DNA of 64,000 nt from TPA_inf: Saccharomyces. Taxonomy: Eukaryota. Below the pieces are notes generated by a model that saw only the letters and a list, made by a program, of their open reading frames with translations, ran no database searches and was not told the DNA's origin. Made by a program: the position numbers and the translations under genes. Shown piece by piece: positions 22,938-33,012 of this stretch; position 1 is the first letter of the stretch; every line of letters starts with the position of its first letter. Where the stretch lies: positions 1 through 64,000 of the forward strand of contig BK006949.2 of the NCBI GenBank assembly GCA_000146045.2, read 5' to 3'.

Positions 22938-24701
22938 ATGGATATACTCAAGAGGGGAAATGAATCGGACAAGTTTACGAAAATAGAGACAGAATCTACT
23001 ACGATACCAAATGACTCGGATAGATCTGGTTCACTGATCAGAAGAATGAAGGATTCCTTCAAGCAAAGTAACCTGCATGTCATTCCAGAAGACCTTGAAA
23101 ACAGCGAACAGACAGAGCAGGAAAAAATCCAATGGAAACTAGCTTCTCAGCCCTATCAAAAAGTCTTGAGCCAAAGGCACTTGACCATGATTGCCATAGG
23201 TGGTACTTTGGGGACGGGACTGTTCATTGGTTTAGGTTATTCTTTGGCATCTGGGCCAGCCGCTTTGCTAATCGGTTTTTTGTTAGTTGGTACTTCAATG
23301 TTCTGTGTCGTTCAGAGTGCCGCAGAGCTTTCCTGCCAATTCCCGGTTTCTGGCTCATATGCCACACATGTCAGTAGGTTCATAGATGAATCGGTTGGCT
23401 TTACTGTGGCTACAAACTATGCTTTGGCTTGGCTGATTTCTTTTCCAAGCGAATTAATTGGTTGTGCACTTACTATTTCATACTGGAACCAAACGGTTAA
23501 TCCGGCTGTTTGGGTGGCCATTTTTTATGTTTTCATTATGGTACTGAACTTGTTTGGTGTGAGAGGCTTTGCCGAGACTGAGTTTGCTCTGTCAATCATT
23601 AAGGTTATTGCTATATTTATTTTCATCATTATTGGTATCGTCCTTATTGCCGGAGGGGGGCCTAACTCTACTGGTTATATTGGCGCCAAATACTGGCACG
23701 ACCCAGGTGCCTTCGCAAAACCTGTCTTCAAGAATTTGTGTAACACATTCGTTTCTGCTGCTTTTTCCTTTGGTGGTAGTGAGTTAGTGCTGTTAACTAG
23801 TACAGAATCTAAAAATATTTCAGCTATATCACGTGCTGCCAAAGGTACGTTCTGGAGAATCGCGATTTTTTACATTACTACCGTTGTCATTATTGGATGT
23901 CTCGTACCTTATAACGACCCCAGACTGCTCAGTGGTTCGAACAGTGAGGATGTATCTGCCTCTCCCTTTGTTATTGCTTTGAGTAATACAGGATCAATGG
24001 GTGCAAAAGTTTCCAACTTTATGAATGTCGTTATCCTTGTTGCGGTTGTGTCAGTTTGCAATTCTTGCGTTTATGCTTCTTCAAGACTAATTCAAGCTTT
24101 AGGTGCATCTGGCCAACTTCCTTCGGTATGTTCCTACATGGACAGAAAGGGTAGGCCTTTGGTTGGCATTGGGATTAGTGGTGCATTTGGTCTTTTAGGT
24201 TTTCTTGTGGCCTCGAAAAAGGAGGACGAGGTCTTCACTTGGCTTTTCGCCCTTTGTTCCATTTCATCATTCTTCACCTGGTTCTGTATTTGTATGTCAC
24301 AAATTAGATTTAGGATGGCTTTGAAAGCTCAAGGAAGATCCAATGACGAAATAGCTTACAAATCCATACTGGGTGTTTATGGTGGAATTTTGGGGTGTGT
24401 GCTAAATGCATTGCTAATTGCGGGTGAAATATACGTATCGGCCGCCCCGGTCGGTAGCCCTAGCTCCGCTGAAGCCTTCTTTGAATACTGTTTAAGTATT
24501 CCAATCATGATTGTTGTTTATTTTGCACATAGGTTTTATCGAAGAGATTGGAAACACTTCTACATCAAGAGGAGTGAGATCGATCTGGATACTGGGTGTT
24601 CCGTGGAGAATCTAGAGCTTTTCAAAGCACAAAAAGAAGCTGAGGAACAACTCATTGCTTCTAAGCCATTCTATTACAAAATCTACAGATTTTGGTGTTA
24701 G
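22938..24701 (+). CDS. SAM3: High-affinity S-adenosylmethionine permease (APC amino-acid permease family), 587 aa
   Basis: 12-TM amino-acid permease whose sequence matches SAM3. The adjacent SAM4 supports the call. Confidence 0.9.
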   Translation: MDILKRGNESDKFTKIETESTTIPNDSDRSGSLIRRMKDSFKQSNLHVIPEDLENSEQTEQEKIQWKLASQPYQKVLSQRHLTMIAIGGTLGTGLFIGLGYSLASGPAALLIGFLLVGTSMFCVVQSAAELSCQFPVSGSYATHVSRFIDESVGFTVATNYALAWLISFPSELIGCALTISYWNQTVNPAVWVAIFYVFIMVLNLFGVRGFAETEFALSIIKVIAIFIFIIIGIVLIAGGGPNSTGYIGAKYWHDPGAFAKPVFKNLCNTFVSAAFSFGGSELVLLTSTESKNISAISRAAKGTFWRIAIFYITTVVIIGCLVPYNDPRLLSGSNSEDVSASPFVIALSNTGSMGAKVSNFMNVVILVAVVSVCNSCVYASSRLIQALGASGQLPSVCSYMDRKGRPLVGIGISGAFGLLGFLVASKKEDEVFTWLFALCSISSFFTWFCICMSQIRFRMALKAQGRSNDEIAYKSILGVYGGILGCVLNALLIAGEIYVSAAPVGSPSSAEAFFEYCLSIPIMIVVYFAHRFYRRDWKHFYIKRSEIDLDTGCSVENLELFKAQKEAEEQLIASKPFYYKIYRFWC

Positions 24702-25086
24702 ATGGTACTCTTGCATATGTAACCTTTAATAAATTTTGCAAATCGAATTCCTTTGTAACGTGCAAAGCATTTTATAGCCTGGCGCTCGCATTGTTAAGCA
24801 ACAGGCGGTGCGGCAACGTTGAAATGTTTCACGCAGGGTTTTTTACGTACTGCACGGCATTCTGGAGTGAAAAAAAATGAAAAGTACAGCTCGAAGTTTT
24901 TTGTCCATCGGTTGTACTTTGCAGAGTATTAGTCATTTTTGATATCAGAGTACTACTATCGAAGCATTTTTACGCTTGAATAACTTGAATATTATTGAAA
25001 GCTTAGTTCAACCAAGCTGAAAAGAACCATTATTCAACATAATTGGAAATCATTTCGTTACTAAATCGTCCGAAAATTGCAGAAAA

Positions 25087-26064
25087 ATGGCACGTCTTCC
25101 TCTAAAGCAGTTCTTAGCGGATAACCCCAAAAAAGTTCTTGTTCTTGACGGTGGTCAAGGAACAGAACTGGAAAACAGAGGTATCAAAGTTGCAAATCCC
25201 GTGTGGTCTACTATTCCATTTATTAGCGAATCATTTTGGTCTGATGAGTCATCTGCTAACAGAAAAATTGTCAAAGAAATGTTCAACGATTTCTTGAATG
25301 CTGGCGCAGAAATATTGATGACTACAACATACCAAACGAGTTATAAATCAGTTTCTGAAAACACCCCAATCAGAACTTTATCCGAGTACAATAACCTTTT
25401 AAACAGGATTGTCGATTTTTCTCGTAATTGTATTGGCGAAGACAAATATTTGATTGGCTGTATTGGCCCATGGGGTGCTCATATTTGTCGTGAGTTTACA
25501 GGCGACTATGGTGCTGAGCCAGAAAATATTGATTTCTACCAATACTTCAAGCCTCAGTTGGAGAATTTCAATAAAAATGACAAATTGGATTTGATTGGGT
25601 TTGAAACCATTCCTAACATCCATGAACTGAAAGCTATCTTATCTTGGGATGAGAGTATCCTGTCTAGACCCTTCTATATCGGGTTGTCTGTGCATGAGCA
25701 CGGTGTCTTGAGAGACGGCACTACCATGGAAGAAATCGCACAAGTTATTAAGGACTTGGGCGACAAAATAAATCCTAACTTCTCGTTCTTAGGAATCAAC
25801 TGCGTCAGCTTCAACCAATCACCCGACATTCTTGAGTCTCTACATCAAGCACTACCAAATATGGCCTTGCTTGCTTATCCAAACAGTGGTGAAGTTTATG
25901 ATACTGAAAAGAAGATATGGTTGCCAAATAGCGATAAGCTGAACAGTTGGGATACGGTTGTTAAACAGTACATTAGCAGCGGTGCCCGTATCATTGGTGG
26001 TTGTTGCAGAACAAGTCCAAAAGACATCCAAGAGATTTCTGCAGCCGTCAAGAAATACACGTAA
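25087..26064 (+). CDS. SAM4: S-adenosylmethionine:homocysteine S-methyltransferase, 325 aa
   Basis: Homocysteine methyltransferase fold with the conserved GGCCR motif near the C-terminus; MARLPLKQFLADNPKKVLVLDGGQGTELENRG... Confidence 0.9.
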   Translation: MARLPLKQFLADNPKKVLVLDGGQGTELENRGIKVANPVWSTIPFISESFWSDESSANRKIVKEMFNDFLNAGAEILMTTTYQTSYKSVSENTPIRTLSEYNNLLNRIVDFSRNCIGEDKYLIGCIGPWGAHICREFTGDYGAEPENIDFYQYFKPQLENFNKNDKLDLIGFETIPNIHELKAILSWDESILSRPFYIGLSVHEHGVLRDGTTMEEIAQVIKDLGDKINPNFSFLGINCVSFNQSPDILESLHQALPNMALLAYPNSGEVYDTEKKIWLPNSDKLNSWDTVVKQYISSGARIIGGCCRTSPKDIQEISAAVKKYT

Positions 26065-26610
26065 ATGCGTTTTTAAAGAAGTTAAATAATTCTTAACATT
26101 ATATATATGCTAAAAGCAGCATGTTACACTAAATACATTTTATAAACAATAGAAAGTATGTTAATACAATGCTTTTCAAAGCGACCATGACTTTCCGTAC
26201 TTGGCCGACAAAAAAACAGAGTAAATAAAATGTCTATTATAATCGGGCGAGAATTAATAAACTAGCAGTTTAGCACAGCAGAATTTAGGCATACACGATG
26301 GATGAAAAGGTGTAGCCACACGAACCTGTCGAGATCCCTTTTTCTGTCTACTAAATCCACATAGGCCAGACTATTTCGTAAAGATATGTCCCCTGAATGC
26401 CGCAGCTTGCTGTATTTACCGTCACTTCTTTTTGCTCAGTTATACTGGAAATGACGGCCTCGGCATGCCAAAGTTCCAGAAACAGTGCAATTTCCTGTCA
26501 TATCTCCTATCAATAGTTTCTTTAGCATATATGTTGATTAAATTTTGATAAGAATAAATAAAATGGAAAAAATACGTACTATACAGACATATATTTAATG
26601 CGTCACCTGC

Positions 26611-28164
26611 CTATTCAATAAAGGATTCGAAGCATTCTACAAAAGATTCTAAATTATACGAATCAGGGTAGTGAATACAGATATTCAGGCCCATCTCTTC
26701 ACAGTATGTATAGGAAAGAGACATTAATGTGGGGCGATTTATCGAACTTGTAAATCCCGTACTTACAATTTTGAAAGATTTGTCATCGCCGTTCATCGAT
26801 AACGATATGTCGGAAACATCATTGATTTGAATCAATTTTGTCCTTGAATTTTGGATATGGAAATCGTCGTCATTGTCATACTTCATCCTCCTTATATCGT
26901 CATCATTAAACCCATTCTTTTCCCAACTCCTCAGTTTTGCCATAATAAAACCGCTAACGTGCTTTGTAACTTTATTAAATTGATATTCCATCAATCTTTC
27001 ATTAAACTCATCATCATTATCCTCGTTATCGTTACTGTTGGTCAAAAATTCGTTGGCGGAAAGTTCGTCATCAATTAGAGAAAGTGGACATTCGACCCTT
27101 AGTTCTTTGAAGAAGAGACCCAATGACCCACCTAAGCCTAAGTGGTTTCTTAAATTTATGGGAATAGTAAATACTATTGTACCGCTGAAATCCTTAACGA
27201 GAGGTTTTAAACATATCATTGCAATACCACAGATGAAACTTCTTAGACATATATGCTCTTGATTAACGATTGACTTTAAATAGTTAAACCTTTGGTTGTT
27301 TACTATCCCAAATACTGTTGTCCCGCATAATGAGGTGTGCGCATTTAGAATATCATTATACTTTTTCAGCTGTGTTGCAGATACTGACGAGCTGAGGGAA
27401 GTTTGATTGGTTAAATAGCCGAAAGGTCTTTTTAAAGTGTTATAGTATATTGATTTGAAAAATGACTGAGTTTGCTTGTGGAAGATTTGTGGTGTCATAG
27501 CGGGCAGGTGTAATTTTGCGCTATCATATATCGATTTGGGAAATTTTAATTCTGAGAGATTGATGTCATTGACATCAAACAAAATCCTATCTTCAGAGTG
27601 TGTTACTGTGCTGATTTCGTTTAACTCTTTTAAAAATAATTTGTGAAAGTTAGCTGCTGAAAATATATCAAACAATACGTCGTGACCATGAAAAACCAAT
27701 AGCGCTTCGTCAATTACATATAGTGTCCATAAAGGTTTATTTGATCCGGGAACAAATCTAGTCTTGTTGAAGGCATGACGCAAGAGATAAGGAGGTGGAA
27801 CACCCCAATGGCAATTGACCTCCTTATCTTTTATGGTTTCAAACTCAATCACATTAACAATATCGGAAGTTTTCAGCTGCTTCAATGGCTCGAATTCCCA
27901 TTCTTCGTTTACAGTTGCAAACAATGCCGGTTGCGATTTAATCAATCTCTTCAAAGTTGTTGCTATTAGGGGCAGAGTCAGACGAGAATCATCTTTGGAA
28001 GAATTTGTTCCGAGCGTGACTTCATCAGAATGCCAGTCAGCGTCATTTTCTCTACTTAAAGATTTTGAATATGTACTCGAAAAAATAGTTCCATTTCTTT
28101 GGTCATTCAAAGATTGAGTGAGAATTTTTTTTTCAAAACTTGATAGTGGCCTAAACGTAGTCAT
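26611..28164 (-). CDS. PBI1: 517-aa protein of unknown function (YPL272C/PBI1)
   Basis: Long ORF; position and length match YPL272C between SAM4 and ATP15. Confidence 0.8.
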   Translation of the reverse strand: MTTFRPLSSFEKKILTQSLNDQRNGTIFSSTYSKSLSRENDADWHSDEVTLGTNSSKDDSRLTLPLIATTLKRLIKSQPALFATVNEEWEFEPLKQLKTSDIVNVIEFETIKDKEVNCHWGVPPPYLLRHAFNKTRFVPGSNKPLWTLYVIDEALLVFHGHDVLFDIFSAANFHKLFLKELNEISTVTHSEDRILFDVNDINLSELKFPKSIYDSAKLHLPAMTPQIFHKQTQSFFKSIYYNTLKRPFGYLTNQTSLSSSVSATQLKKYNDILNAHTSLCGTTVFGIVNNQRFNYLKSIVNQEHICLRSFICGIAMICLKPLVKDFSGTIVFTIPINLRNHLGLGGSLGLFFKELRVECPLSLIDDELSANEFLTNSNDNEDNDDEFNERLMEYQFNKVTKHVSGFIMAKLRSWEKNGFNDDDIRRMKYDNDDDFHIQNSRTKLIQINDVSDISLSMNGDDKSFKIVSTGFTSSINRPTLMSLSYTYCEEMGLNICIHYPDSYNLESFVECFESFIE

Positions 28165-30078
28165 TATGATAAAGTGAGGATGTGTCTGTGTTGTGAGTTA
28201 CAAATGCACTTCTTTGGACAGGTATAACAAGGATAACGTATACACCCTTTTATATATGACCGTCCCCCCATACAAATTTGTGCTCGTATGCCGAGTGTGA
28301 TCTACTCATCGCTTCGTTAATGAATCGTTTAGCCAAGAATATAGTAAACGTGTAGCAGAGTCATACCCCTGATGGCTGCAGACGCAGGGAATACTCAGCC
28401 TCGAAACAGTTTTCAATTTATGTGCGTATGCATGGCTATAATCTTCTATTTCTGTCACCTTTCGTTTATTCTAAACGAATTTGCGACGTTCAACGAAAGC
28501 GCGTTGAAAAAATTAATCTCTGAAGTTAAACGGTCGGAAAACAGACAAAAAAGTTGTTGTTATTACTTGTAGAGGAAAGAGCTATTTCATAGCTCGTTTG
28601 GGAATGCAGGGGTGACGTCCTTCTTCGGGTGTGTTGTCCTAACTTTCCTTAAACACATTGGGCTATCATACCAGTGAAAAAGAAACATACAATGGTCAGA
28701 TTCGCTTTATTTGGCTACGAGAATGTGGCGGCTAAGTTCCCTCAACAACTATTCCACCAATCTTGATGGCTTTTCTAAGGCTCTAAGTAGACGTTAAGGT
28801 GGCTAAGATTCTAAAATTTTGCCATTTTTCGAGGTTGTGCTTCGCCCTATCCCTTGGAAAACATTTCTAATCATCTTAAATTCTGTGATTGAGAACGTTT
28901 TAACGTTATCTTAAACGTTTCCATAGAAGAACGAACGTGAAGGTTTGTAGCTCGTTAAAAGGCGATCTTGAATGATGTGAAGAAGTGTAAAAGGCTTAGG
29001 AAAGTTGCTTGTTGACCCGGTGTCGTTCAATATACTCCTATTACCCAAATGGCAGTTTCATAGAGTGATATTATTTCGTTGCCTTGTGTAAGTTAGAAGT
29101 ACTTCTTGTCGATTGTGAATTCGGATAGCCGCTAGAACGCCAATCATTGCGGAGGTTTGCCATCGCATGGATACCATAGCCATCTGCACATTCTAATATA
29201 GATTATATTACTTTAGACCATGTCATTTCATAATCGTTGGTTTAAGCGGTGTTGTTTCCACAGTTTGTATGAGAACTTTTGTCCAAAGTAAAGTATCAGT
29301 AACGTAATCTGAGCAAACCTACATTAAATCGTAACTCCGCGAGATTCTTTTGTTCAGGTGGATCAGCGGCGTGGTTTACTTCCGATTTGCTCATCGTGCG
29401 CATAGCAGCATTTATTCCTCTAATTCGCTCGATAATCAACCTTTCCGCACTACGACGGTGGCAATAGTTGGACCTTAAGATATGCCTATCTGAATACAAT
29501 TCTTCAACTCACATCAGTGGGACACTAAATAAAGCATATGGTATGAAATACTATGAATTATTGAATTATTGGCAGACACAGCAGCGACAAGTCAGAGTGC
29601 TTACAAAAAAAAAAGAGTTGATCCGGCTAAAGAAAGTCTGATTTACGTATTTATCCAGGTTCAAACGGATTGCCAAAAATAGTCGATAACCTCGGAGTAA
29701 GCAAAGCAACAATATATTTGTTCTTCGAAAAGGTAAACTTCTTAACTTCTATAGAAGCATTGTACTAGTTCTCTCGAAGAAAAAAACTAAGAAAGCTATA
29801 GCTGTATCTTACCAAGCCATGAACTTGAGGAATTGGTAATCCTTATTAGGAAATACGCTAAACTAGGTAATAGCAGATGATTTACTAGCTTACTATCTCA
29901 CACTAAGTCTGGCAACGCGCTTATTTTTTAATACTTTTATACGAACCAATGAAATTTGATCCTCCCCTTTTTCGTCTAGTTAAATGAAGAGATACAAGTA
30001 GGCCTTTCTATTGAGTACTTAGCAAGATATGTATTTCTAAGAAACATCAACAGTTTCAGCCCACAACCGATTCATAAA

Positions 30079-30267
30079 ATGTCTGCCTGGAGGAAAGCTG
30101 GTATATCATATGCTGCATATTTGAATGTGGCCGCTCAGGCTATCCGTTCTTCATTGAAAACTGAATTACAAACCGCTAGTGTTCTTAACAGATCGCAAAC
30201 AGATGCTTTTTATACCCAATATAAAAATGGCACTGCAGCTTCTGAACCCACTCCAATAACAAAATAG
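30079..30267 (+). CDS. ATP15: Mitochondrial F1 ATP synthase epsilon subunit, 62 aa
   Basis: MSAWRKAGISYAAYLNVAAQAIRSSLKTELQTASVLNRSQTDAFYTQYKNGTAASEPTPITK. Confidence 0.9.
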   Translation: MSAWRKAGISYAAYLNVAAQAIRSSLKTELQTASVLNRSQTDAFYTQYKNGTAASEPTPITK

Positions 30268-30481
30268 TTTAACGCTTCCTGGGAACTGCAGCTCTTTTTT
30301 TACTCGCTGATATACATTTTAAATATTCTAGCAACTGTGTATGAAAACTTACGTACTTTTATACGGGAAACTAATAATGACTACAATGATATTGAATACT
30401 GGCCGCTTCGAAGAGTGGTATAAAGTTTGTATCATTGCATTAAAAGAAAAAGAAATATATGTCCCATCATCGCCAATCGCA

Positions 30482-32803
30482 ATGTTGAATGGTCGTTTAC
30501 CACTTTTGCGGCTGGGCATATGCAGAAACATGCTGTCCCGTCCCCGACTGGCTAAACTGCCATCTATAAGGTTTCGGTCTTTGGTCACCCCTTCTTCATC
30601 GCAGCTCATTCCTCTCAGTCGGTTGTGTTTAAGGTCACCTGCAGTTGGAAAATCACTAATTTTACAAAGTTTTAGATGTAATTCATCCAAAACAGTTCCA
30701 GAAACTTCTCTGCCTTCAGCCTCTCCCATATCTAAAGGATCAGCAAGGTCGGCACATGCAAAGGAGCAATCTAAAACTGATGACTATAAAGATATAATAA
30801 GGTTATTTATGTTGGCGAAACGGGATTGGAAACTGCTTCTTACAGCCATACTTCTTTTAACCATATCATGTTCCATAGGCATGTCTATTCCTAAAGTCAT
30901 AGGTATTGTCCTTGACACACTTAAGACGTCATCTGGATCAGATTTTTTTGATTTGAAGATACCGATTTTTTCTTTGCCTTTATATGAGTTTCTTTCCTTT
31001 TTTACTGTTGCTTTACTGATTGGTTGTGCTGCTAATTTTGGTAGATTTATATTATTGAGGATACTAAGTGAGCGTGTTGTTGCACGCCTAAGGGCAAATG
31101 TCATTAAAAAAACGCTTCATCAAGACGCAGAATTCTTCGACAACCATAAAGTTGGGGATTTAATTTCTCGTTTAGGATCTGATGCTTATGTTGTTTCAAG
31201 ATCAATGACCCAGAAGGTCTCGGATGGGGTCAAAGCCCTAATTTGTGGGGTTGTTGGCGTGGGGATGATGTGTTCTTTGTCACCTCAACTATCAATATTG
31301 TTACTATTCTTCACTCCACCTGTTCTTTTTAGTGCCTCAGTGTTCGGGAAGCAAATTAGAAACACCTCTAAAGACCTTCAAGAAGCTACTGGTCAATTGA
31401 CTAGAGTCGCTGAAGAACAACTCTCTGGTATCAAGACGGTTCAGTCGTTTGTTGCTGAAGGTAATGAATTGTCTAGGTATAACGTTGCAATTAGAGATAT
31501 TTTTCAGGTGGGAAAAACTGCGGCATTTACAAACGCAAAGTTTTTTACTACAACTAGTCTCTTAGGTGACCTAAGTTTTTTAACCGTCCTTGCGTATGGC
31601 TCCTATCTTGTTTTACAATCACAGCTCTCCATTGGTGATCTGACTGCATTTATGCTGTACACAGAATATACGGGGAATGCGGTATTCGGCCTTTCTACCT
31701 TCTATTCGGAAATTATGCAGGGTGCTGGGGCCGCTTCCAGGTTGTTTGAATTAACAGATAGGAAACCTTCCATTTCACCGACTGTGGGACACAAGTATAA
31801 ACCAGATCGTGGTGTTATCGAATTTAAAGATGTTTCATTTAGCTACCCTACAAGGCCTTCTGTTCAAATATTCAAGAATTTAAATTTTAAAATTGCGCCA
31901 GGATCGAGTGTTTGTATTGTGGGCCCTTCAGGTCGTGGTAAATCTACAATTGCACTCTTACTGCTAAGATATTATAATCCCACTACTGGGACTATTACGA
32001 TAGATAACCAAGATATCTCTAAATTGAATTGTAAATCCCTAAGAAGGCATATTGGTATCGTTCAGCAAGAGCCGGTACTGATGTCAGGTACTATTAGGGA
32101 TAATATCACTTATGGGTTGACATATACCCCAACAAAGGAAGAAATCAGGTCAGTAGCAAAGCAGTGCTTTTGCCATAACTTTATCACAAAATTTCCGAAC
32201 ACATACGATACGGTAATTGGTCCTCACGGCACCTTACTAAGTGGAGGACAAAAGCAGCGTATTGCGATTGCAAGGGCTCTAATCAAAAAGCCAACTATTT
32301 TGATTCTTGATGAAGCTACATCAGCTTTAGATGTTGAAAGTGAAGGAGCCATTAACTATACGTTTGGTCAACTAATGAAATCAAAATCGATGACTATTGT
32401 TAGCATCGCGCACAGGCTAAGTACGATCAGAAGATCAGAGAATGTTATTGTCCTTGGCCATGATGGATCAGTGGTAGAAATGGGCAAATTCAAAGAATTG
32501 TATGCGAATCCAACAAGTGCTTTATCGCAATTACTTAATGAGAAAGCGGCTCCTGGGCCATCTGACCAACAACTGCAAATAGAGAAGGTCATCGAAAAGG
32601 AAGATTTGAATGAGAGTAAGGAGCATGATGACCAGAAAAAGGACGATAATGACGATAATGATAATAATCATGATAACGACAGCAATAACCAGTCTCCAGA
32701 GACGAAAGACAATAATTCAGATGATATTGAAAAATCTGTCGAACATCTCCTGAAAGACGCGGCAAAGGAGGCTAATCCAATTAAGATCACACCACAACCG
32801 TGA
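30482..32803 (+). CDS. MDL2: Mitochondrial inner-membrane half-size ABC transporter, 773 aa
   Basis: TMD plus NBD with Walker A GPSGRGKST, the LSGGQKQR signature and ILILDEATSALD. Start taken at MLNGRLPLLRLGICR (a presequence-like N-terminus), although the ORF opens 47 codons upstream. Confidence 0.88.
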   Translation: MLNGRLPLLRLGICRNMLSRPRLAKLPSIRFRSLVTPSSSQLIPLSRLCLRSPAVGKSLILQSFRCNSSKTVPETSLPSASPISKGSARSAHAKEQSKTDDYKDIIRLFMLAKRDWKLLLTAILLLTISCSIGMSIPKVIGIVLDTLKTSSGSDFFDLKIPIFSLPLYEFLSFFTVALLIGCAANFGRFILLRILSERVVARLRANVIKKTLHQDAEFFDNHKVGDLISRLGSDAYVVSRSMTQKVSDGVKALICGVVGVGMMCSLSPQLSILLLFFTPPVLFSASVFGKQIRNTSKDLQEATGQLTRVAEEQLSGIKTVQSFVAEGNELSRYNVAIRDIFQVGKTAAFTNAKFFTTTSLLGDLSFLTVLAYGSYLVLQSQLSIGDLTAFMLYTEYTGNAVFGLSTFYSEIMQGAGAASRLFELTDRKPSISPTVGHKYKPDRGVIEFKDVSFSYPTRPSVQIFKNLNFKIAPGSSVCIVGPSGRGKSTIALLLLRYYNPTTGTITIDNQDISKLNCKSLRRHIGIVQQEPVLMSGTIRDNITYGLTYTPTKEEIRSVAKQCFCHNFITKFPNTYDTVIGPHGTLLSGGQKQRIAIARALIKKPTILILDEATSALDVESEGAINYTFGQLMKSKSMTIVSIAHRLSTIRRSENVIVLGHDGSVVEMGKFKELYANPTSALSQLLNEKAAPGPSDQQLQIEKVIEKEDLNESKEHDDQKKDDNDDNDNNHDNDSNNQSPETKDNNSDDIEKSVEHLLKDAAKEANPIKITPQP

Positions 32804-33012
32804 GTCATCCGCATCGCATATACCCATTCTTATCTCGCACATTTAAATATATACTATATATAATACTGTTAAATGCCAAATAAAAAGGATTTTCATTACC
32901 CGAATCGATACTTTTGGTAGCATAAACAAATAACATTGAAACAATAACAAAGTGTAATGTGGCCGCACGAATCTTTGTCTGTAACAGCCTTAAAGATTTC
33001 AGTAGCACTGCC

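Noticed and set aside
23132-23787. 81-aa and 72-aa ORFs inside SAM3
   Set aside because: They are alternate frames of the permease CDS.
26851-28117. Four 64-100 aa plus-strand ORFs
   Set aside because: All are antisense to PBI1.
30349-31104. 126-aa and 106-aa minus-strand ORFs
   Set aside because: They are antisense to the MDL2 5' region and have no features.
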